From: an uncultured Gammaproteobacteria bacterium
Lineage (GTDB): Bacteria; Patescibacteriota; Patescibacteriia; UBA9934
Direction of reading: 5' to 3'
DNA length: 64,000 nt
Assembly: GCA_964569575.1 (NCBI GenBank)
Contig: CAZMTL010000001.1
Span: forward strand, 67,503 to 131,502
Shown: positions 56,401 through 64,000 of the stretch, in pieces
How positions within the stretch are numbered: the first letter of the stretch is position 1
Layout: each line of letters starts with the position of its first letter
Notes under the pieces: model-generated
Databases searched by the model: none
Told to the model about the DNA's origin: nothing
Seen by the model: only the letters and a program-made list of their open reading frames with translations
Program-made: the position numbers and the translations under genes

Positions 56401-58067
56401 TCGAGCTGTTTCTCGAGTACCTCCTTAAGTCGCTTCACCTCTTCATTTCGATATCCTCTTTGATACAACCAGCGCAGTAGATCAACCGGAGTTTTCAAAC
56501 CTACGTACGATGCTCCTCCAGAAATAAATGCCTTTGTTATTCCGAGCGTTAGACCAGCTGCCGCTCGGGTCATTCCTGCATCATATTTTTTCAAATCATC
56601 ATCTTCTTCCACCAATTCACCTTTGAAATTTTTGCGGAAAAACAAATCGACTGTTTCACTCATGTAGTCCTGAGTTCTTGTAGCCCAGCCCTTCTTCCCT
56701 CCCTCCTTACTCTTATTCGTTTCTTTGGGGTCGCCGACTTCAACGACAGAATCTGCCGCGCCAGCATTAACTGGCTCTTTCCGAACTTCAATTGTCGCGT
56801 CGTCGAATACTAGCGCCTTTCCGGTTGGGTCAAATACATCCGGATTGTCATTTTTTGTCGGTTCGATGTTTTTATCATTTGAAGCATCGATATTTACCGT
56901 ATCTAAGACGACTGAGTCATCTACAAGTTTAGCGGCTGTTTTAATTGCATCCGCTTCGTACTTGTCCTTTATGCTTGCTTTCATTTCTTCCAATCGGCTC
57001 TTTACAGTTCCCTTCGATCCTTCGCGACCAGCTCGTACAATGGCGCGTAGACGATCTGACATCCCTTCTGACCCTTTTAACCTAGCGAAAGCATCGACTA
57101 CTTCGTCTCGCGTTTTTGGCGCCTTTTGCTTTGAGGATATTTTTATCACCCTCGCAGCTCGTTGCAACGCCGTTTCGTCGTTACTCGAATGATCAGGTTC
57201 GCCCTGCTTTTTACCCTCTGCTGCATCGAGTGTGTCTAAATGGTCTACAAGCTGATCGGATATTTTGCGTGTATCATTAGATTCCATTACCTCGGTCGCG
57301 TGATCTTTTCTATCCTCAGTCTCCACCTCTTCATTTTCATCACCGCCCATTTCCTCTAAACGAGCTGACACACGTTCGATCATGGATCGGCGTGTGGTCA
57401 CTGAGTCTTTTATTCGCTTTTCTGCCCTCGGGTCCTGTGCTCTTAATTCTGCTAGCGCTTTTTTATTTTCTGCCCCTTTTCCTTTTAATAATTTTTGAGC
57501 CGTTTTCTGCTCTTCGTTCAAACGATCTAGCAGCGCCCGTACTTCTTTTGCGGTTCCATTTTGCAAAACAGCTTCGTCGCCCTTTGGCTCGAATCCCTTC
57601 GCGTATTCCGATGCTGGTGGTTCAACCGCCTTTACCGGCATTTCCACCGCCGCACTTGCCGTTCTTCGCTTTCTATTAGCTTCGTCGCGTCTACGGAATG
57701 ATTCGTCTACCGCATCCGCTGCGCCTGCTACTTCGTCTGTCGCGACAGGCATGGTTCGAATTCGGTCTTGTTTTCGGCGATCTAAATCTGCTCTGTGAAA
57801 GGCTAACTTAATTTCGTTGAGCTTTTTCATGAGCTTTTCCGCGTCCCGCTTAATACTTGCTCGTTGCGCTGTTGTTTCGACAGAATCTGGGTCGTCGGAA
57901 GCGTCGTTGATTTTTTCGAGCGCGGCTTCAAGATCACGAATGTCTTTATTCATGCCCACATACGCCTTTGCTACATCTGCCTCGCTACCAGTTTCGAGCG
58001 CTTTTTTGTAGACGTCAACATTGTCGTACTGATCAATATTTGGGATTATCTTATGTTCTACGACCAT
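53409..58067 (-). CDS. giant charged coiled-coil-rich protein (1552 aa) with three Gly-rich amphipathic/hydrophobic segments and a G9 linker; unknown function
   Basis: No signal peptide; segments AAAGLTLGITKAFISGGASYVGL, LMFASGIAVGVLPVPGARVGSGVIFSS, LARGMAVGGMLMSGVARAA; GGGGGGGGGEGGTGSGGTEG linker; first of a 3-gene tightly spaced unit. Confidence 0.8.
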   Translation of the reverse strand: MVVEHKIIPNIDQYDNVDVYKKALETGSEADVAKAYVGMNKDIRDLEAALEKINDASDDPDSVETTAQRASIKRDAEKLMKKLNEIKLAFHRADLDRRKQDRIRTMPVATDEVAGAADAVDESFRRRDEANRKRRTASAAVEMPVKAVEPPASEYAKGFEPKGDEAVLQNGTAKEVRALLDRLNEEQKTAQKLLKGKGAENKKALAELRAQDPRAEKRIKDSVTTRRSMIERVSARLEEMGGDENEEVETEDRKDHATEVMESNDTRKISDQLVDHLDTLDAAEGKKQGEPDHSSNDETALQRAARVIKISSKQKAPKTRDEVVDAFARLKGSEGMSDRLRAIVRAGREGSKGTVKSRLEEMKASIKDKYEADAIKTAAKLVDDSVVLDTVNIDASNDKNIEPTKNDNPDVFDPTGKALVFDDATIEVRKEPVNAGAADSVVEVGDPKETNKSKEGGKKGWATRTQDYMSETVDLFFRKNFKGELVEEDDDLKKYDAGMTRAAAGLTLGITKAFISGGASYVGLKTPVDLLRWLYQRGYRNEEVKRLKEVLEKQLEEAEGVDVVKQRTEAMQKAISESKYIPKAKKEDLLRRLMEVKSQHDSSTSKTERAYTAKRDALLDEHVKTRVSGIRVIKESLNSLMFASGIAVGVLPVPGARVGSGVIFSSRAAAFTALSALERYQTVQTERASGTREGSLASEYISGGFSEWWKQLQGGDAQSKLGKVMNTTQAMTKLARGMAVGGMLMSGVARAAEPIDALLEMANNSLQDVAKNAVLSASEVSLQAAGTVLDYGNEQIVQPMAESISSLGSDEATEAADIGSGTEQSLALEQSTAQPRMPKEVAATRIGAAGEQVQVPEAPANEPVSATSNEASSVIMAVENKEAVESSVVAKHEERISSLVQDLKFVKQQDISESTKSLLIDHLAEAIKAAEQDGVMIDTKAINAQLGIVEALEAPDSISNPEEVTEQAPINYFETKSGQTTIDYKKVMDDISNTEKQEAASLFRSAGQSSSDVLKVRNMIAIYEHVLKDMEENGQTATPEYAFALEDYARRLTVVERDNTRTDFVKISEELKRNVFDKLNNLQAIESPGGGGGGGGGEGGTGSGGTEGPMVTETVSTGGAGGERSVSGSSGAGAKDLIEARKEISLGRINATEQLAGEHVVFSGDAVEVNPLMASDRSEVQSSDYKTVTSLLKVRPGDGKNVIAEDELFKLQEAVRLQAYAEYLGEKDAVTRFENFISNSLEKMDDSALEVDRSSIRATIDALKTDIATRYEGSIQEVRPLAIPETASTPESVGMPAEVAKAIGSNGKLKESELIPYLKASDIERAKDMFYVNVPRPGQYEKAAKLLAADIYALEQLEKAGLKDSVAYERILEETSERVLRLENVGKVVFNQEDPTFQKYFGDVIVPDQIEQLIVKLDDTHTRFEIMGDYGGDKGSVIFEYDERGKVVGLNKDELEIDPSPIKIRSLFTNPQGPVTEISKTQRGQLEAMQKIGRELLELAEIYDHMRDRNITGPEKDYVAKQMHGLIQQTNRQWEGRLRISLANPAVSRLFL

Positions 58068-58068
58068 A

Positions 58069-58392
58069 TTATTCTTTTGAAAGTGAGGCTTTTACTGAGG
58101 CAATTTTTTCGGCGTCGTCTATTTCGGTTGCAAGGCGGTCGATGGATTCCGTTGCTTGTTCGTTGAGTTCTTTAGACGATTTTTGGAATTCCTCTTCGAT
58201 TTCTTTTAACCGCTTCTGCATCGATTCTTCCATCGAATTGTCGTCCTTGTCCCAGGCAATCAGTAGCTTTACAAAGTCGTCTTTTGCTTCTTCATTTTTT
58301 TCGCGCGCCAAAAAATCCATGATCAACATCTTTAGCTCGGCTTCTAATTCACTTTCTTTTAAAATTCGTACCACCTCCTGTAAGTTGTTCAT
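58069..58392 (-). CDS. small acidic helical protein (107 aa)
   Basis: Starts 1 nt after giant gene stop; MNN.. start; pI acidic, all-helical composition. Confidence 0.6.
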   Translation of the reverse strand: MNNLQEVVRILKESELEAELKMLIMDFLAREKNEEAKDDFVKLLIAWDKDDNSMEESMQKRLKEIEEEFQKSSKELNEQATESIDRLATEIDDAEKIASVKASLSKE

Positions 58393-58394
58393 AG

Positions 58395-58715
58395 CTAGTT
58401 GATTTCTGCTTCAATTTGATCGAGTGCGTTCAATGTTTTCTCCTGTTGCTCGGTCACGGCTGAATCGTGCTCGACTTGAATGCTTTTGAGCTTTTCGATG
58501 AGTGCGCTCATATCTTCCTTTGACTGATCCGGAATGGTTAAACTTAAGTATTCGGTCAACTGATCGATTTGCGCCAAGGTCATTTCGGGAATCAAGGTTG
58601 CCCAGGCTTCTTTTTGATCTTCTGGAATATTTGCTACTTCCAGTAACATCGCAAGACGAGCACCAATGGCTTCAAAATCTTGCTTCATTGTTTCTTCGTT
58701 GTTTGCGTTGTTCAT
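58395..58715 (-). CDS. small acidic helical protein (106 aa), likely paralog of 58069..58392
   Basis: 2-nt gap from previous gene; also begins MNN; similar size/charge. Confidence 0.6.
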   Translation of the reverse strand: MNNANNEETMKQDFEAIGARLAMLLEVANIPEDQKEAWATLIPEMTLAQIDQLTEYLSLTIPDQSKEDMSALIEKLKSIQVEHDSAVTEQQEKTLNALDQIEAEIN

Positions 58716-58794
58716 ATGATGAAATTATAACATGAACAAGGGCAGAGGGTGTAGGCAGTAGGGGCTAGGGATGGAGGCTCTTTTTTTGGATTTT

Positions 58795-58825
58795 AAAAAT
58801 CCACCGGCTTGGTGGATTTTTTTTG
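58795..58825 (-). terminator. terminator after SOD-like gene (bidirectional)
   Basis: AAAAAT-ccacc-ggctt-ggtgg-ATTTTTTTT. Confidence 0.6.
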
Positions 58826-58826
58826 G

Positions 58827-59399
58827 TTAGTATCTTGATTCTACGACGTTCCAGTTTAGATTTTTGAAGAAGGCGTCGATGTAGTTTGCTCGTTCGCTTG
58901 GCAGGTAGTCTAGCAAGAATGCGTGTTCCCACACATCAAGTGCTAGAAGGATTTTTTGACCGCCTAGTTGACCGAGTTCGTGATCGCTTACCCAAATGTT
59001 GTGCAGGTTTCCGTGCCGGTCGTCCTCCACCAACAATGCCCAGCCGATTCCTCGCATTTTTGCGACGCTCACTAGCTCTGCCTTCCACGCCTCGAAACTT
59101 CCCCATTCTTTTTCGATTGCTGATTTCAACTTGTCGGAAGATTCTCCGCCTTGCACAAACTGGTCAAAATAATATTCGTGCAAACGCATGCCGTTAAATT
59201 CGAATCCGAATCGGCGTGTTATTTCTGCGATCGCGATGGCGTTTTTCTCCGCATCCTTTTTCAACTCCACCAGTTTTTCTAGCATGGCGTTTACGTTTTT
59301 AACGTAGCCTGCGTACAGTCCCAAGTGTGCATCGATTTGTTTTTTCGACAATCCTTCAAGCTCGCCTAAATCAAATGTTTTTTCGGTGTATTGCTTCAT
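58827..59399 (-). CDS. Fe/Mn superoxide dismutase family protein (N-terminal HHxKHH region divergent)
   Basis: C-terminal GWALLV...LALDVWEHAFLLDY..NYIDAFF.NLNW matches SOD DVWEHAYY signature; N-terminal has single His in DAHLGLYAGYV. Confidence 0.72.
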   Translation of the reverse strand: MKQYTEKTFDLGELEGLSKKQIDAHLGLYAGYVKNVNAMLEKLVELKKDAEKNAIAIAEITRRFGFEFNGMRLHEYYFDQFVQGGESSDKLKSAIEKEWGSFEAWKAELVSVAKMRGIGWALLVEDDRHGNLHNIWVSDHELGQLGGQKILLALDVWEHAFLLDYLPSERANYIDAFFKNLNWNVVESRY

Positions 59400-59409
59400 A
59401 AAAATAGTG

Positions 59410-59910
59410 TTAGGTGTTTAATGACCATACCATAAATGTCAGAAACGACGCGAACAGCACCCATCCGGCATACGGCGCCAGGAACCAGGCGGCTTTTGTT
59501 TGTCTTGACGATTCGATTAGTGTGAAGATGGTAAGTAGGCCAAGCGCCAATGCTTCGAAAGCGGCCGCGAGCAGTAAGTGCTGAACGAAAAAGATCCATG
59601 ACCAGATCGCGGTAAGGACGGCGATGCCCGTGTAGAGAAAAGCGAGTTCGATTCGCTTTCCGGGAGTGATCTTTCTTGTCATGGTGACAAATGCGGCAAT
59701 AGCCAAACAGATGTAGAGACAAGTCCATACAATGCCGATCACACTTCCGGGCGGAGTGAATGACGGAAGAGTGAGTTGCGGGTACCAGGTTTCTAACCCG
59801 ACTTCGGTTGCCGTTGTTCCGCTCAATCCCATCGCTGCGAGTGTGACTAAAATAACGATACCGAGAATACCGGTTTGGATTTTTGTCAGTGTCGTCTTGT
59901 GTTTGTTCAT
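59410..59910 (-). CDS. tspO: TspO/MBR family tryptophan-rich sensory protein
   Basis: 5-TM protein with WYPQLTLPSFTPPGSVIGIVWTCLY and C-terminal APYAGWV motif. Confidence 0.85.
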   Translation of the reverse strand: MNKHKTTLTKIQTGILGIVILVTLAAMGLSGTTATEVGLETWYPQLTLPSFTPPGSVIGIVWTCLYICLAIAAFVTMTRKITPGKRIELAFLYTGIAVLTAIWSWIFFVQHLLLAAAFEALALGLLTIFTLIESSRQTKAAWFLAPYAGWVLFASFLTFMVWSLNT

Positions 59911-60005
59911 ACGCGTGATAATTCGATCATGGTTTGAAATTCGAGCACCACAAAAATGGCTGTGACTAAAATTAAGCAGATCGAGAAGGCAAAAAGAAAT
60001 TTCAT
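59907..60005 (-). CDS. possible 32-aa hydrophobic micro-protein translationally coupled between msrA and tspO
   Basis: ATG overlaps msrA stop (ATGA) and its TGA overlaps tspO ATG (ATGA); MKFLFAFSICLILVTAIFVVLEFQTMIELSRV. Confidence 0.4.
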   Translation of the reverse strand: MKFLFAFSICLILVTAIFVVLEFQTMIELSRV

Positions 60006-60478
60006 AGAGCGCATGCGCGTTTACCGGTTTTTTCGAAGTATTTTTGATGGTATTCCTCGGCCGGCGAATAGGTTGTAAGCGGCTCGACGGTTGTCACAAT
60101 CGGACTTGTGTGAACGCCTGATTGATCTATTTTTTGAAGCACATTTTGAGCGGCGTTTTTTTGTTCTTCGTTGGTGTAGTAGATGACTGATCGGTATTGA
60201 TGCCCTACGTCTGGACCTTGGCGATTTAGTTGGGTTGGGTCGTGTAGAGCAAAAAAGGCTTCGCAGATTTTTTCTGCCGATGTTTTCGAAGAATCAAATT
60301 CAACTCTGCACACTTCTACGTGCCCGGTATTTCCTTTGCAGACTTCTTCGTACGAAACTGGAATTTTCTCTCCACCAGCGTAACCAACTTCGGTTGCGGT
60401 TACTCCCTCGAGTTGATCAAACTCAAACTGAACATGCCAGAAACATCCTGCTCCAAAATACATTGCTTGCGTGTTCAT
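60002..60478 (-). CDS. msrA: peptide methionine sulfoxide reductase MsrA
   Basis: Catalytic FGAGCFWHV motif, GYAGG, HDPTQLNRQGPDVGHQYRS. Confidence 0.92.
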   Translation of the reverse strand: MNTQAMYFGAGCFWHVQFEFDQLEGVTATEVGYAGGEKIPVSYEEVCKGNTGHVEVCRVEFDSSKTSAEKICEAFFALHDPTQLNRQGPDVGHQYRSVIYYTNEEQKNAAQNVLQKIDQSGVHTSPIVTTVEPLTTYSPAEEYHQKYFEKTGKRACAL

Positions 60479-60543
60479 ATAGTTTTAGTATACCAGTTTT
60501 TTCTTTTGACTAAAATGAAAACCGAGCACATGGCTCGGTTTTC

Positions 60544-63500
60544 TTATTCGATGTTACTGATCTTGTTTTTTCGTGTGAAGAATCTTGGCATTCGAGGCTT
60601 TGGAAGCGTTCGTTTTTGCCCAACTGGCGCCACTGTGCGGCGTAACTGGATTCGATTCTTGATGTTCACCACGCGTCGCATCCATTCATTTGACCAGAAG
60701 TACAGCAATGGGGTCATGAACAATGAAAGGAGTGCGGATGCAATAATTCCTGCGATGATTGAAGCTGCCAACCCTTTCCAGAATGGAGAGAGGAAGACAA
60801 GACTGATCAAACTTCCGAAGGCTGTTAACTGCGTAAGCACGATCGGACGGAATCGTACCGCTACCGATGTCGCGATTGCTTCTGCAGGTGACTTCCCTTC
60901 TCGTTTCAGCTGGTTTGCGAAATCGAGAAGAAGAATCGTTACATTCACCACAATTCCTGCCATTGCTACCACTCCTAGTAATTCTAGGAATCCAAGCTGG
61001 CCAGTCGTGATCGCGATAGCGATAAAGACTCCAACCAAACCGAGCGGGATTGCGAAGAGGATGATGAACGGTTCGAAGTATGACCGGAAGAATCCTACGA
61101 GGAGCAAGTAGATCAGGAAGATCGCGATCGCGAGCGCGATAAACAGATCAGTGAATGATTCACCGATCGAATCAACTGCACCTGCGTAATCAATTGCGTC
61201 GCTCGAAAGTCCGAGCTCGGTAATTTTTTCTGCTGTTAGGTATTCCTTTAATTTTTCTTCAATTTCGAGCGCTGTTACATCTTCGGTAATCGCGGCCGAA
61301 ATCTGCGCATAGCGCTTTCCTTCCGTTCGATTAATCGTGATTGCTTCTAACGCACGTTCTTCTTCAACTAGATCTTCGAGTGTCGTAATCGGTGGAGCCG
61401 GAACAACTACTTCTGGATTTACCACTCCCTGCGCACGTAATTGCGCGAGGGTTTGCTGGTAGATGATCTGTTCCTGAGTTGGTACTTCGATTTCGCGCAC
61501 GTCTTCGATTGAATCGATTTCGCGGTCGCTCTTTGAATGAATTTCGTAGACCGTTCCGTTCAATTCGATTTCTGCCAATTCGCGTTCACCGATCATTTCT
61601 TGCAGTGATGCGTACACTAAAAAAGCGTTTTGTGCATTTTGGTTTTCGCCATCGAGTACAAATTCTACACTTCCGTTTGCACTTCCCTGCGAACTATTGT
61701 CTTGTATTCGTGATACCCCTTCAATAGTTGCTAGGTGATTTGAAATATCTGCTACCGCTGCTTCTAATGTTTTTGTGTCTGATTCGTACACTCGTACCGT
61801 TACCGGGAACGCATCTTGCGGAGGACCTTCGCCAGAAGTTGACGCTTCAATCTCGGCGTCTAGATTCAATACGGCCATACCGTCGTTGATCGCTCGTGAC
61901 AGTTCATCCGAAGTCCGCATGTCTGCGTCGGCTCGTTCTTTGATTGGCCAAAGCTGCACAATCAATGTGAATGAATTTGTGTCTTGCCCGATGTAACTGA
62001 AATTTTTAATTTCTGGATACGTCTTTAATTTTTCTTGAACCGGAACAACGACTTCGTACACAGCTTCGTCGAAGGTAAGCGTGTCTGGCACATCACCTTG
62101 AACAATGATGAAATCGGCGTCGTCTGTTTCTGCAAATTGCACCACTTCGACCGCTCCCGAACCAACCAATGCTGCTCCAACGGCGAATGGAAGGATTGAT
62201 CCTGTAATAAATACTCCTACACGCAAAACAGCCTTTGGCCATCCCGGTCCAAGCAACCACATAATTGAACGACCGAGCCATCGGCCGATTGCCCATGTCC
62301 CTTCTAGCTCATCTGGATTTGGTGACGGGTTTTTTGATTTTAAGAGTGAAGCCGCGAATGGCGTGAAGAATACAACCGGAATCACCATCGAAGCGACCAT
62401 GGCTGGAATGACCGTTGCTGGAATGTATTTGATGATTTCACCAAAGAATCCGCCAACCACTCCGAATGGTACGAATACCAAAATGTTTGTGGCAACCGCA
62501 AGGAACATTCCGACTCCTACGGTTTGGAGTGTTTTCTGCGCTGCGTCTTTTCCAGAAAGTCCCTGTTCGCGGTAACGCTGCATCGATTCCAAGAAGACGA
62601 TCGTTGGGTCAACGACCAAACCGATTGTAAGAACCATCGAGAAGAGAACGAGCGTGTTCAATCCGATTCCCATGAAGTTTAGATAGATCGCCGCAAAGAA
62701 CAATGAAAGCGGAATCGAAAGTGCTGCCAAAATTGCGATGCGTAGGTTCATGAAGACGAGCAATAGAATCACAACGAACGCTAGACCTCCGAAGAGATAT
62801 CCAACGAACGAAAGCGCTCCCCACGAATCAATCGGGGCTCCAAAAATACTTTGCGTAATTTCGCTAATTTGCTGTTCGGTTGAATCGGCTTGGCTAAATA
62901 CGATCAGTGCCTTGCCTGCTTTTCCTTCTTCGGTACGTTCAGCAAGAGCTTCTTCCAATGCTTTTTCTACGTTTAAAATGTCTGCGTCTTTTTCAATTTT
63001 TACTCCGTACAGAAGCGCGCGCTCGACAGCTATTTCCTGATCCATCTGATCGCGGTATCCGATGCGGTTATATTTGTCGTTGTTGTTGAGAAGAAATTCT
63101 ACTTGCGCGACATCACTCAACTGAACGTTTTCGGCAATAAGCAAGCCGGTCACGTCTTCGATGTTGTCGAGCTTTTTAGAAAGCGAAATACTTACCGTTC
63201 CGTCGTCGTTCAAAAATGAACCAAGTGGTGCTTGGAATTTTGCCGAACGAATTGCTTCTTCAACTTGCGAACGTGTTACACCTGTTTCTGCAAGCGCATC
63301 CGTATCAAATGTCAGCACCATTTCGGGTGTCAGTTCGTTGAGTGCCGTTACTTCCGCCACACCTTCAACAGATAGTAGTCGAGTCGTAAGCACATTGCCT
63401 GCTCGGTACAGATCCCATTCATCTTCAAATCCGCTTACAGCTACCGTGAATTCTCCCGAACCACTGACCGAAAATTTATTTACCTGCGGTTCTTGCGCAC

Positions 63501-63876
63501 CTTCTGGAAGGGTTACTCCGGCGATTGCCGTCTTCAATTCTGCCACCGAATCGTCGACATCGGCGTTTTGATCGAACGTAATTGTTGCAATACCAAACGA
63601 ATCCATTCCAGTTGTGTCGAATGTATCAACTGAATCTAAGTCCTTCACTGCGGCTTCGATTGGACGAAGAATCTCTGCTTCGACTTGTTCTGGATTTGCG
63701 TTTGGATAAGTCACTAATACCATCGCTACGTTTACCGGAACGTCGGGGAACCCTTGTCGCTGCATTTGCGAAAGCGAATACACGCCAAAGGCGATTAAAA
63801 AGACCAAACACAGAAAGAGAATCTTACGATTCCCGAAAAGCGCTTCAATTAGCCAATTTTTTTGCTTATTTTGCAT
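60544..63876 (-). CDS. RND-family efflux transporter permease (AcrB/AcrD/AcrF-like), 1110 aa
   Basis: N-terminal FPDVPVNVAMVLVTYPNANPEQVEAEILRPIE; TM bundle with LTIGLVVDPTIVFLES; start set at ATG 63876 downstream of promoter. Confidence 0.88.
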   Translation of the reverse strand: MQNKQKNWLIEALFGNRKILFLCLVFLIAFGVYSLSQMQRQGFPDVPVNVAMVLVTYPNANPEQVEAEILRPIEAAVKDLDSVDTFDTTGMDSFGIATITFDQNADVDDSVAELKTAIAGVTLPEGAQEPQVNKFSVSGSGEFTVAVSGFEDEWDLYRAGNVLTTRLLSVEGVAEVTALNELTPEMVLTFDTDALAETGVTRSQVEEAIRSAKFQAPLGSFLNDDGTVSISLSKKLDNIEDVTGLLIAENVQLSDVAQVEFLLNNNDKYNRIGYRDQMDQEIAVERALLYGVKIEKDADILNVEKALEEALAERTEEGKAGKALIVFSQADSTEQQISEITQSIFGAPIDSWGALSFVGYLFGGLAFVVILLLVFMNLRIAILAALSIPLSLFFAAIYLNFMGIGLNTLVLFSMVLTIGLVVDPTIVFLESMQRYREQGLSGKDAAQKTLQTVGVGMFLAVATNILVFVPFGVVGGFFGEIIKYIPATVIPAMVASMVIPVVFFTPFAASLLKSKNPSPNPDELEGTWAIGRWLGRSIMWLLGPGWPKAVLRVGVFITGSILPFAVGAALVGSGAVEVVQFAETDDADFIIVQGDVPDTLTFDEAVYEVVVPVQEKLKTYPEIKNFSYIGQDTNSFTLIVQLWPIKERADADMRTSDELSRAINDGMAVLNLDAEIEASTSGEGPPQDAFPVTVRVYESDTKTLEAAVADISNHLATIEGVSRIQDNSSQGSANGSVEFVLDGENQNAQNAFLVYASLQEMIGERELAEIELNGTVYEIHSKSDREIDSIEDVREIEVPTQEQIIYQQTLAQLRAQGVVNPEVVVPAPPITTLEDLVEEERALEAITINRTEGKRYAQISAAITEDVTALEIEEKLKEYLTAEKITELGLSSDAIDYAGAVDSIGESFTDLFIALAIAIFLIYLLLVGFFRSYFEPFIILFAIPLGLVGVFIAIAITTGQLGFLELLGVVAMAGIVVNVTILLLDFANQLKREGKSPAEAIATSVAVRFRPIVLTQLTAFGSLISLVFLSPFWKGLAASIIAGIIASALLSLFMTPLLYFWSNEWMRRVVNIKNRIQLRRTVAPVGQKRTLPKPRMPRFFTRKNKISNIE

Positions 63877-63914
63877 AGTGTTTTTAGTTCTCAACGAGAA
63901 AAAAATTACGCGCA

Positions 63915-63943
63915 ATCTTACCAGAAAAATGGCTTTTTGTCAA
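63915..63943 (-). promoter_or_regulatory. sigma70-type promoter of RND gene (TTGACA-17-TAAGAT)
   Basis: Consensus -35 with 17-nt spacer; ATG 63876 about 32 nt downstream of predicted TSS. Confidence 0.5.
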
Positions 63944-64000
63944 TGTTTTAAGGGTCGTTTGAAGGCGAGATGGAGAGTAAGAAATTTGTACGAATGTAGA

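Noticed and set aside
1-64000. CRISPR arrays, tRNA/rRNA genes, transposases/integrases/phage structural genes
   Set aside because: No regularly spaced direct repeats of CRISPR type, no tRNA-like cloverleaf candidates in the intergenic regions inspected, and no recognisable transposase/integrase/capsid/terminase ORFs. The PF04020 holin-family gene is isolated and not in a prophage context.

Overview
The window reads as a syntenic, mostly minus-strand chromosomal stretch of a small-genome bacterium (about 45-50% GC). The gene content suggests CPR/Patescibacteria, possibly Saccharibacteria-like, but that is inference from gene content only.

Recognisable housekeeping genes: pyk (5' partial), uppP, secF, secD, trhO, secA, hpf, murB, murC, glyA, folD, archaeal-type pyrH, xseB, xseA, queA, metK, rpmG, HU, a Fe/Mn-SOD-like gene, tspO, msrA and an RND permease.

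Accessory or unusual content:
1. An orphan VirD4/TraG-like coupling ATPase with a zinc ribbon and a roughly 350-aa disordered basic tail, preceded by a conserved membrane protein.
2. A 3022-aa secreted beta-helix plus tandem Ig/cadherin-like-repeat adhesin.
3. Two other giant cytoplasmic proteins (1428 aa, low GC, helical repeats; 1552 aa followed by two small acidic proteins).
4. Three compositionally distinct high-GC islets (about 60-65% GC) carrying small genes with strong Shine-Dalgarno sites. These encode pentapeptide-repeat and cupin proteins and are bounded by hairpin terminators.
5. A previously unnoticed MITE-like composite hairpin repeat family (core A CTCGTCATCCCGG..CCGGGATCCATCG plus core B CCCCTCCTT..AAGGAGGGG), present in at least 6-7 copies. 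One copy is translated in-frame inside the VirD4-like tail and one generates a spurious ORF.
6. A second palindromic 'TATAGG' element in two copies.
7. Several unannotated small ORFs: rpmG, a 32-aa hydrophobic ORF translationally coupled between msrA and tspO, and a Cys-rich 55-aa ORF.

No CRISPR array, tRNA, rRNA, transposase or integrase could be supported.
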